A stretch of 63,112 nucleotides of DNA, the filler included, from Lenisia limosa (Eukaryota; Protista; Breviatea), in NCBI GenBank assembly GCA_001655205.1. It is 17 parts of 17 records of this genome, joined end to end, with 100 filler letters (N's around TTAATTAATTAA, not from the genome) between each part and the next. Parts side by side here need not be neighbours in the genome. Positions count along the whole stretch, not along the records: positions 8,841 to 11,897 come from LPNZ01000698.1; positions 11,998 to 13,975 come from LPNZ01010478.1; positions 14,076 to 15,980 come from LPNZ01004251.1; positions 16,081 to 26,278 come from LPNZ01011720.1; 13 more parts are not named here. One strand, given 5' to 3'. Positions 11,721-20,965 of this stretch are shown here, piece after piece (positions within the stretch are counted from its first letter, which is position 1; each line of letters opens with the position of its first letter). The notes under the pieces are model-generated. The model saw only the letters and a list, made by a program, of their open reading frames with translations. It was not told the origin of the DNA and did no database searches. The translations under genes were made by a program, and so were the position numbers.

Positions 11721-11820
11721 CAGTGCTTCTCAACGGTCCAAGAAAAGACTGAATTTCTCGATAAATCCTCGATATTATCGATATTTTAACGGTCTTTTTC
11801 GGACCTTAGGGAAGCCCTTG
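11721..11820. mobile_element. MITE family 1 variant with CAGTGCTTCTCAAC left end
   Basis: Same internal core (AAGACTGAATTTCTCGATAAATCCTCGA..TATCGATATTTTA) but different termini: CAGTGCTTCTCAACGGTCC / GGACCTTAGGGAAGCCCTTG. Confidence 0.8.
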
Positions 11821-11997
11821 ATATAATTAGCATTCTAACGGTTCAGATTCTGGACGAAATCCTCCAGCTATCACCCCCATCATTTTCCCTCGCTCTTNNN
11901 NNNNNNNNNNNNNNNNNNNNNNNNNNNNNNNNNNNNNNNNNTTAATTAATTAANNNNNNNNNNNNNNNNNNNNNNNNNNNNNNNNNNNNNNNNNNNN

Positions 11998-13361
11998 CCC
12001 CGAGAAGTACAAGGCCACTATGAAGACCCAGGAAAAGTTCTCCAAGGTTTGTACTTCGTGTTTTATTCTGAGATCCCCCCACACACACCTAGTACTTCAC
12101 TTCAGTTAGAAAAAGGACTGAATTTCTCGATAAATCCTCGATAACTATCGATATTTTCCCAAACTGAAGTGAAGCCGTAACTACATCACACACACACACG
12201 TTTGACCCCATAATCCCCCCCCCCTCAAAATATTCTAGAAATTCTAAATAGTTTGGTATTATATCCCCAATAAACCCTCAATAAATGTCTGCAAAACCTC
12301 GAGAAATGTCTGCAACTCCTCGATAAACTACGCTGCCAATCCTCCTCCCCTCTCCATCACCATCAATAGAGTATCAACCCACCTCTAGTTTAGTGTTAAC
12401 TCCAGGACAGCACAGGGCTTCTTTCTCTCCTCCTGCTATTCCCATCCACCCTTTCTACTATCCCTCCCCTTTCACTGGTTCATAACAGTTTACTATTTCG
12501 TACCATCGCAGGTTTTTGTTTCTCTCTTTTTTATTAATTCAAAAACAGTATTTTACTCATCAGGACGACTATTGCAGTATTTACCTCTCAACGCTCAATG
12601 GGGGCGAAAGCTGTGCTACGGATGATGATTGCAAATTAAAGTNNNNNNNNNNNNNNNNNNNNNNNNNNNNNNNNNNNNNNNNNNNNNNNNNNNNNNNNNN
12701 NNNNNNNNNNNNNNNNNNNNNNNNNNNNNNNNNNNNNNNNNNNNNNNNNNNNNNTTTTCTCGATAAATCCTCGAAAACTATTGATACTTTTTCGTTTTAT
12801 TTCGGACTGAAGTGAAGCCTGGCCATATAATATTACATCAGTTGAATGAATATAATTGTTGTACCATTCTAATTCGATAGATATTGCTACTCCTACTGTC
12901 TGGAGTGCTACTCGCAGGACGAATGTGACCAAACGGTTCAGGTTTGCTTGTTACAAGTGTCAACATTATATTTTATCGTATATTGGCTTCAAGTGTTGTA
13001 TTGTAGAATATATGTGGCTACCTTGCTCACCAATAGATATTTGTGGTTCATCACTATTTCACCTTTTATTGACCGATTTTCCTTGGGAAATCCCAGAGCA
13101 AATCGGTCAAGACTTATCCTGGTCATCGTAAAACATGTATCGAGAGGATCTCATATTTCCCAATGAGTACATATAATAAGTACTTCCATCCAAAATCATA
13201 ATGCATTGAACAGTATTGCAGCAGTAATCTCACCCATTCAGACGCCCACTTCTCCCTACGCAGTGAAAGACACTGAAGTATGTCGTGCACCCCCCGAGAG
13301 TCCCGCCTCCTATATTGCCCCTAGTGTTCTGATGCTCGCTGTGTTAGCATGCATATTGTGA
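11998..13361 (+). CDS. Small Cys-rich, probably GPI-anchored surface protein (partial)
   Basis: Exons DDYCSIYLSTLNGGESCATDDDCK and YCYSYCLECYSQDECDQTVQ; last exon SPASYIAPSVLMLAVLACIL-stop resembles a GPI-addition signal. Confidence 0.4.
12090..12179. mobile_element. MITE family 1 copy
   Basis: TAGTACTTCACTTCAGTT...AACTGAAGTGAAGCCGTA with the family core. Confidence 0.85.
12755..12820. mobile_element. MITE family 1, right half (left part in N gap)
   Basis: TTTCTCGATAAATCCTCGAAAACTATTGATA...CTGAAGTGAAGCC. Confidence 0.8.
13067..13128. mobile_element. MITE family 2, left-truncated copy
   Basis: TTGACCGATTTTCCTTGGGAAATCCCAGAGCAAATCGGTCAAGACTTATCCTGGTCA. Confidence 0.8.
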
Positions 13362-13502
13362 ACTTTATAAACTCGGCGTAGAGAGTTTTAGAACATGAGC
13401 GTATTGTAATAATCAAAGTTAGTTGGTACCATCTTCGTGCAACATGATAAAAAATTCTTACAGTATGTAATAAGAAAAACCATTCTATCCAACCCCTCCT
13501 CC

Positions 13503-13578
13503 TCTGACCGAAAGAAAAGATCGGTAAAATATCAACGATAGAGAAAATCAGTCATTTTCGGGATCAAAGTGAAGCTCT
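13503..13578. mobile_element. MITE family 1, degenerate inverted copy with internal deletion
   Basis: AAAGATCGGTAAAATATC...AGAAAATCAGTCATTTTCGGGATCAAAGTGAAGCTCT matches the reverse complement of the consensus. Confidence 0.6.
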
Positions 13579-14389
13579 GTAGAGCACTCATCAACATGTT
13601 TGTTTTGTTATTTTTATTGCCTTTTCTCTCTATTTCTCCCTGCTCTTCCCTCTCAAGAATTTATTTTGTTTTATTATTGCTTCATACTAAGGTACAACCT
13701 TTTATCTCTCATTTCTACAGGCACTCTACCGGATTCTAAGGAAGGTGTTGACAACAGGGATGGTGATGGGACAAAGGCCGAAGCACATTGAGGGCTTACG
13801 ATTATCTGTCAAATTATTTAGTCAGTTTCTTTTGTATGGAGGCTTGAAGCGTTTTATTTATGCCGTTTCTCAGGACCAAGCGAACTGAACATTTTATTTC
13901 TCTCTCTTAAAAAATTCCATTATTCAACCCTTCGGGGTTAATATTGAATTCACCAATTGATGAGAACAATACGCTNNNNNNNNNNNNNNNNNNNNNNNNN
14001 NNNNNNNNNNNNNNNNNNNTTAATTAATTAANNNNNNNNNNNNNNNNNNNNNNNNNNNNNNNNNNNNNNNNNNNNGTAGGATAATTTTCCATAAAAACAA
14101 TCCATGATTTCTCCAGTGTGTTGTTATCCATGAGTATATAGTCATCATAATGCTTTGAAGTATCACTTTACCAACTCTCTGTCTTTAATCTCTAATAGTA
14201 TTACATTTCACTTCATTTTGGATTCCTCTTCTCTCCTATGATGGGCTAAGATCTTTGAAATCATGAATTCACTGGTGTGTTTTACCAAATATGCTACTTT
14301 TCTCGACAGTCTCGTGATAGTTTTCAAAAAAAAAAATTTCCTTCCTCGTAATTCTCCAAAATCCTTTCATTATTTCCCCAACTAGTACG

Positions 14390-15860
14390 TTGGGATGCGG
14401 TGCNNNNNNNNNNNNNNNNNNNNNNNNNNNNNNNNNNNNNNNNNNNNNNNNNNNNNNNNNNNNNNNNNNNNNNNNNNNNNNNNNNNNNNNNNNNNNNNNN
14501 NNNNNNNNNNNNNNNNNNNNNTTTTACTCCTTACCCCTCAGATCCTGCCACCATCTGTCAGTACTACCCAGGCTTCAATAAGCAAACCAACTGTGTACAT
14601 GGGCTAGTAAAAGTATTATTTATTGAGGGTTCTTTGCTTCACACAGTATTTGAATTGTATTTTATTGTAAATCAATAATCATCACGGACACTGTATGTGA
14701 TATTAATAGGATATTATATCATATGATATGATATGATATGATATATAAATCAAGCAAATGTGGTACTCTAAGCAATGTAACTAACCCTTGAAGGAGGAAT
14801 CCTCAGGAAATCCCATTGTAGCTCTCATCTTTTTCCTTGCTGTTGTCGGAGGCATCGGATTCTGCATTTTCCTCTGCTGCAAAAAGAGCAACCGTGGGGG
14901 GTGGAGGGCTATAACTCAGAAAAACTGTTTTTTTTTGTTGTTGTTTTTTTCGTTTCTTCTTCTCACTTTCTATAGAATCTCGAGTCCCTCCCCCTCAAGG
15001 ATATCAGGTAAGTTCCCTGTAGTCTTCGTTTTTCACTTCAGGCTATTTTTTCCATTCGTGTCTATGACTGTATTAATACTAGGGTGCCGTGCAATTAAAG
15101 CTGCAATTAATTGCACGGCACCCTAATTATTACAGATATATCGGTCTCGTTTGTTATTTCTGCATTCGTATGTGCCTTGTTTGTGTGTTGTCAGACAACT
15201 GAGTTACTTTTAGCTTTTTCTTGCCTCATAAATTTTACCCCCCCCCCCTTTTTTTTTACTCTTCCCAGATTTAATAGAGAATTTACCATGATTTAGAACG
15301 TCGGTGGTGGATATCAGCCCCAACAACAAGGCTACCCCCAGGCTTACCCTGAGCAGCAACAACAGGTAGGAGGGCCATCGATGGGCTTAGTATTTTATAT
15401 TCAGTGACCGTGACCGGGATAAGTCTTGATGATTTACTTAGGAAATCATAGCAAATCCGTCAAGACTTATCTCGTTCTCTATATATACAATGATAAATAA
15501 TATATTACATGTCTCGATATACTATCTTCCCTGGTGCGAAAAAGACAGTGACAATTAGGGCTTAACTTCGGTTCGAAAAAAGGCTGAATTTCTCTATAAA
15601 TCCTCGAAAACTATCGATATTTAATCGGTCTTTTTCCAACCGAAGTGAAGCCCTAGTCATTTATCTCATCTATTTTTTTAAAAAAAACATTTATAATTCT
15701 TCTAATTTATCAATTTATACTATCTAATTTATTTCATTAGTCTATTTTATTTAATTCTTCTAATTTATCTAAATTATCTCATTAGTCTGTTTTATCTAAT
15801 TTATCTCAGTATCAGCAAGCCCCCCCTCAAGGATACCAGCAACAGCCTTACCCTCCCCAG
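14390..15860 (+). CDS. Single-pass membrane protein with Cys-containing ectodomain and P/Q/Y-rich cytoplasmic tail
   Basis: Exons ...ICQYYPGFNKQTNCVH; NPIVALIFFLAVVGGIGFCIFLCCKKSNR (TM plus Cys/basic stop-transfer); GGGYQPQQQGYPQAYPEQQQQ; YQQAPPQGYQQQPYPPQ. Confidence 0.6.
15402..15480. mobile_element. MITE family 2 copy (small duplication in the left TIR)
   Basis: CAGTGACCGTGACCGGGATAAGTCTTGA...GCAAATCCGTCAAGACTTATC. Confidence 0.8.
15556..15655. mobile_element. MITE family 1, full copy
   Basis: TAGGGCTTAACTTCGGTT...AACCGAAGTGAAGCCCTA; near-perfect 18-bp TIR; no clear TSD. Confidence 0.9.
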
Positions 15861-16238
15861 GTGTGTGGATGTTCGGGGAGTGTAACTTTAAGCAATTCCT
15901 TTTATGCAATACAAATCCTCTATGTCATAGCTAAACCCTTTCCAGGTTAATTACGCTGTTTCTTTTTTTTTTTTGTTGTTNNNNNNNNNNNNNNNNNNNN
16001 NNNNNNNNNNNNNNNNNNNNNNNNTTAATTAATTAANNNNNNNNNNNNNNNNNNNNNNNNNNNNNNNNNNNNNNNNNNNNTTCAGTAAAAGAGGAACGTA
16101 AACAACGATAGCAAAAAATGAGTATTCAATTGTAATATCGAAAATAGGTTAAGAGACTAGTTCAGTTCATCAGATATTTGATTCACAAAATAAAATTACA
16201 ATTCCTCTTTTGAAATTTTTGAGCTACTTTGAGCTAAA

Positions 16239-17789
16239 ATGGTAAATACCAGACGTAACAAGCGTGCTGCGTCCCCATCTCCCCCTCCTCCTTAAGAAGA
16301 AAAGGCCAAGAAGACTGTCAGGGCCAAGAAGAAGGTTGTCCAGCGTACCATCACCAAGGAGATCGATGAGGTCCCTCAATAAGTAGCTCAAGAAGAAGAC
16401 TCTGCCTCAGAAGCCGCTGACTCCAACATTGAGGCTCTTCCTCGCCGCTCTGGTAAGAACTTAATTGTAATTCCATGTGTTTTTATTCTTTGAAATGCGA
16501 CTGTTCATCCTTCCTACGCGTTGGTGAGCTTAGCATCAAAATCCAGTGTCTTAATCCAGCTCTTGGTGCGGATAAGTCGCTGGTACATCTTTCACTCAAA
16601 GATGCTGACTTAATTGTCCTCCCAAACCTTCACTTAGTACTCCATTGAGGAGGAATTGTGGTTTAAAGCTGGTCACAGACACTATCTTGGACTGATCTTG
16701 GATATTATTCACTGTACAGACTCCGCTTCCGCTTCCGTTGCCTTGTCCACCCAGCCTTTCGACATCAAGGCACAGCTCCGCGAGTTTTTCGCTTCTGTAA
16801 GCTTCCTTAATAATATGATGGAAGGCAGTATCTCACCTTTTAGGGTGAGCTCACTGCTGCCGATCTCGGCATCGATGCCACTCGGTCTCCTCAAGAAGGT
16901 GCCCCAAACTGACCTCCTTCTCCCGATAAGGTGTATACTATCAATGAACCCTGAACGATAAAAGGGTTTCTCTTTGCAAATATCAACAATAATGCGTACT
17001 TACCAGATAAGGGAAGTTGCTTCAAATTGAATTTATTGCGGGGATGCACTTAGGAACCCTTTCACTGTCCCCCCTCCCCACCCTACCCTCTGGTAAATTT
17101 TGGAATACAAGGGTATACTTCACCCTCAAACTACGTCAACATGGTTGATCTAATTGAGTTTTACCCTCTTTCAATATTCCCTTTGATGGATTCTACCTCA
17201 TATTCAAGTAATTTTATTAATGTGGGTCCAACACCCAGTAATCAATTCAGGTCTGTCAACACCCACGTCATTCCCTTCCTTGACAATTACGATGTTAAGG
17301 CTTCCCTGACCACCACTATCATGGCGGTGGCCAACGGTCAGTTTCTTGGGGATGACAACCTCAAGGCTGTGGGCAACCGCCTCCTCAATGGAGATGTGCG
17401 AAGTGCACAGAACAAGGTGCATGATTATGACTAGACATGCATTTTCTTACACAGAGTCATTTTCACGAATCTAAATGTCCAGATTGACGGGTCCAAAGAC
17501 GCCCTTCTTTGGCGCTGTCGACACCTACCACATCTCTGGCAAGAAGAGAAGGATTGCAGTGGATAATTTCTATTACACATGTTACATAGGGTGCTCCTGT
17601 TTTATGAGTTATACCTCTCACACCCAATCAGTCATATCTGCAGCGCCTTCAACGCGGACAGTGGCTGCTCCAAAGCCAAACTGTGGGCAGCGGCACGTGT
17701 GCTTTTTCTGTAAAAAGGCTGGGCATTCGGTTAAATCCTGTCCCAAGAAGAACCTTGGACAGGGTTTAATCACACCCAAGTCTGGATAA
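16239..17789 (+). pseudogene. ORF1 / gag-like of the YR retrotransposon, disrupted, with C-terminal CCHC zinc knuckle
   Basis: MVNTRRNKRAASPSPPPP... with in-frame TAA at 16293 and 16380; ends with CFFCKKAGHSVKSC (CX2CX4HX4C). Confidence 0.7.
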
Positions 17790-17830
17790 ATGCATCCGTT
17801 TTGAAATAAGTGTTTAACAAATTGCATTAA

Positions 17831-19475
17831 TTTTTATACGAGATATTAACTTGTGATCAACTGAAGATATACAGATACGGTGCATATTATGGAATTAAGC
17901 CCCGATTCTCACCACTTACAAGATTAACCCCGTCATGATGGATGATGAGATGAGTAAGATTAAGTTCGGACGTTGTATCTGCAATCCTGTGGAAGGGTGC
18001 TGATATTGGAATCAAAGAATCTGCCTCAGCCAAATTCCAGGTTTGAAACTGGCCAAATGCACAGGAAAATACCAAGGTTCTCTCAGACACGTACAAGGAA
18101 CTTGTAATTGCTGGAACAGTCACTGAGCTCGTAGTTCCCCCAATGTATGCAAACTACAACCCAGTTGGAGTTGTTGAGAAAGAAATTCCCCATTTAAACA
18201 AGACGAAGTACCGCCCGATCCTGGATGGTTCTCGCTTCGCAATTGATACCCTCAAACGCCCCTTCTCACTGGACTGGACTGCCAGGCTCAAGGCCCTGTT
18301 ACAGCCTAACTATTTCTTGTTCTATGCGGATATGAGTGCCTTCAACCTCATTCCTGCTCGGCCTTCAAGCCGCAATTGTCTCTGCTGTAGGCTGTCAGAT
18401 GGCAAGCACTTTCAGAATAATTATCTTCCTTTTGGGTTCCAAAACTGCCCAGTACTCTTCGACGTTGTATCTCGAGCTACGTTAAAAATAAACAAGAGAC
18501 AGGTTAGAGACGGTGTTATTCTACGTCAGTACCCCTCCCTCATCAATTCCTCCTCTGTCCAATTCACTGTCGCCGAAATTAGATATCTTCAAGAGAACCT
18601 GGATCGTTTCATTTCAGAAAGGAAATGGCACATCTCTATTTATTTTGATGATGTCTTTGGTGCGGCGGAAACTGAACTTTTCGGCCGATACATCCTCGCT
18701 TCAATTCTTGTCTTCTGGACCCGGTATTCCCTACGGAGAGGAGAAGGTGTTCTTACCAGCTCCAAATATGACAGTACTGGGAGTCGAAATTGACACCCCT
18801 ACCATGACTGCTCGCCTTCCCCCAGAAAAGACTGCAGCTTACATCCACCACATCCACGTGGCTGTTCACACACCCCAATCGGTTAAGTCCCTCCAGTCCT
18901 TTGTTGGCAAATTAGCCTGGGCTGGTAGGGTGATACCAGTGGGCCGTCGCTTGACCAAGGCTATCCACAACGATATCAGCCTGCTCAAATCCTCCCCTGA
19001 CCCGATAACCGTGTCTCAACACGCACGGACCTCTTTGCTCTCGGTGTCGTTACTCTGGACCCACCACAAGCCAAGACGACCCACTTTGGTGTACGGATGC
19101 GTCATCCACTGGTATTGGTGGTTTCAGTCCACCCCAAAAGCTGTTCTTCTCTGGCCATGTACCCCAAGATGCGCAGTCATTACATATTAATGTACTGGAA
19201 TTACTTACTGTGCGAGTTGGACATGCAGTCTTCGGCAGTCTGGTTGCGACAACAAAATCGCAATCTCCTGGTTCAACCAACTGGTAAACTCCACTGCCGT
19301 AAACGCCATCTGTTAGGATAGTAATTGCTGCTTAATGGACTCCCAAAGCTCAATGTGTCTCTCCTACATTTCTACCGAAAACAACATCAAGGCGGATGAA
19401 GCTTCGCGCCATGATCTCTCCCATCTTGAGGGCTTTTCCAGGGTACCCATTCCCTCTGACGCTTGGACATTCTAG
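17831..19475 (+). pseudogene. Reverse transcriptase / RNase H of the YR retrotransposon, disrupted
   Basis: KGADIGI...NPVGVVEK...KYRPILDGS...FYADMSAF...YLPFGFQNCPVLFD...IYFDDVF; GIPYGEEKV...MTVLGVEID...LQSFVGKLAWAGRVIP; RNase H motifs TDASSTGIGG, HINVLELL, CDN, SYISTENNIKADEASR across frameshifts; TGA at 17936, 17951, 18044 and TAG at 19314. Confidence 0.9.
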
Positions 19476-19583
19476 TCCAAAGTAGTTGTATCTTTCCATT
19501 GTCTTTTGATTCATTTATCTGATATCACCGGATTACATGCCATTTAGAAAAAATAGGTCCATTTGATTAACTTCCCTCATCAG

Positions 19584-20486
19584 GACATGCACAAGAACTG
19601 GAAAAAAAGAAAACAAAATCAAGAAGATGGGTGTCAGAAAGACCACATCCAAGACCTATGGATCCGCTGTTCGCAGTTACAAGTATATGTGTACAGAATT
19701 GGGATACACAGAATTCCCGATGACTGATGAGAAGGTTTGTGTGGCCATATACGTATAACTACTTCCTGACCTCACAGGTTGAACTCTGGATTGCTCATGT
19801 CTCATCAACGATCAAAAGCGCGCAAACGTTATGTGTCCGCTCTTGCACGATATGCACTAGAAAATGGCCAAGAATACCCAACGAAGAACCGATTTTGGTC
19901 CAGCTTCCATGGTTAAGAATCTGCAACAAGAACTCAAAGCCATCCCTGTAAGACAGGCCCTACATATGTCGATTCCACAATTCAAAGCTCTTGTTGCCAC
20001 CAGGCCTCCGGTAAACCCCCCCGATAACATCCTAATTCGAACGGTCTATTTAGCTGTTTTCTTTGGAACTGCAAGGATAGGTGACATCCTTCCACCGACC
20101 GCGAAGGACATCGAGAGAGGTCCACCTTTATCTTCAGTCAAATATTCCACAAATGGTACATCCTTTGTCAGCGGTTTCACAAAGAACTCGAAACGGCCCG
20201 TAACCTTCAGTTACCAACGAACGATATCAAAGACTATTTGCCCTGTGCAGCACTATTAGCTCTCCATGAACAGTCGTGCAACAATGAAAAGAATGCCCAT
20301 CGTGCCTTATTTGCTTGGCCATCAGGGAGCCTACTGAGAGTACGCGTTTCTGAAGATGAGGCCAACCGTTTCACCATCCATTCCTTCCGCCATACCAGCA
20401 CGACCAACATGACTGGCACTGAGGAGGAGAAGATGAAACGTGGAGGCTGGAAGTCCATTAGGATGCTTAAGAAGTATGCCCATTGA
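19584..20486 (+). pseudogene. Tyrosine recombinase of the YR retrotransposon, with a putative intron and frameshifts
   Basis: GVRKTTSKTYGSAVRSY (N-terminal helix); catalytic motifs FFGTARIGD (R), TKNS (K), CPV, HSFR (H-x-x-R), GGWKS and KKYAH (Y). Confidence 0.9.
19735..19777 (+). other. Putative 43-nt spliceosomal intron inside the YR coding region
   Basis: AAG|GTTTGT...CCTGACCTCACAG|GTT; contains an in-frame TAA and is 3n+1 long; removal gives ...FPMTDEK|VELWIAHVSS, fitting the YR N-terminal domain. Confidence 0.7.
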
Positions 20487-20965
20487 TTGAAATGTATTAT
20501 ATATACTATATATGGATTACATGTGCTTCCGTGATTTTGTTTGGATTTTCGGGGAGGTGTTCTGGGGTTTTCAAGCCCCAAACACAATCGTCTGACTGTC
20601 CTTCTGACACTGCAATCCCAGTTCCCAAATATACCAGACTCGCAATCTCCATAGTATTCATATGGAATAATAAGAAATGGGTATTGAAAGGTTTTCTCAA
20701 CCAGTCAACAAATAATCCATCCCACTTTCACACGCGATAGACGATACTCCCACTTACCTAAAATATTAGAGGAATACGAGAAATTCAAAATAAGNNNNNN
20801 NNNNNNNNNNNNNNNNNNNNNNNNNNNNNNNNNNNNNNNNNNNNNNNNNNNNNNNNNNNNNNNNNNNNNNNNNNNNNNNNNNNNNNNNNNNNNNNNNNNN
20901 NNNNNNNNNNNNNNNNNNNNNNNNNNNNNNNNNNNNNNNNNNNNNNNNNNNNNNNNNNNNNNNNN

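Larger units (their letters stand above)
16081..20500 (+). mobile_element. Tyrosine-recombinase retrotransposon (DIRS order, Ngaro-like organisation), decayed; terminal repeats not seen
   Basis: Co-linear ORF1 with CCHC knuckle, RT/RNase H and tyrosine recombinase; no DDE integrase or protease seen; several stops and frameshifts. The left end coincides with the contig start. Confidence 0.9.

Noticed and set aside
18715-18793. Programmed frameshift between the RT and RNase H frames
   Set aside because: It falls inside the RT thumb region, has no slippery heptamer, and is one of several 1-2 nt indels in the element; decay or sequencing error is simpler.
16293-19316. Stop-codon reassignment (TAA/TAG=Gln or TGA=Trp/Arg) as a non-standard genetic code
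   Set aside because: In-frame stops cluster in a frameshifted transposon, involve all three stop codons, and are absent from conserved host exons (IFT22, VPS35, TSEN34, BLOC1S6).
20500-20794. Right terminal repeats (ITR, ICR or split direct repeats) of the YR element
   Set aside because: No match to 16081-16240 found by eye; the element's left end is probably missing from the contig.
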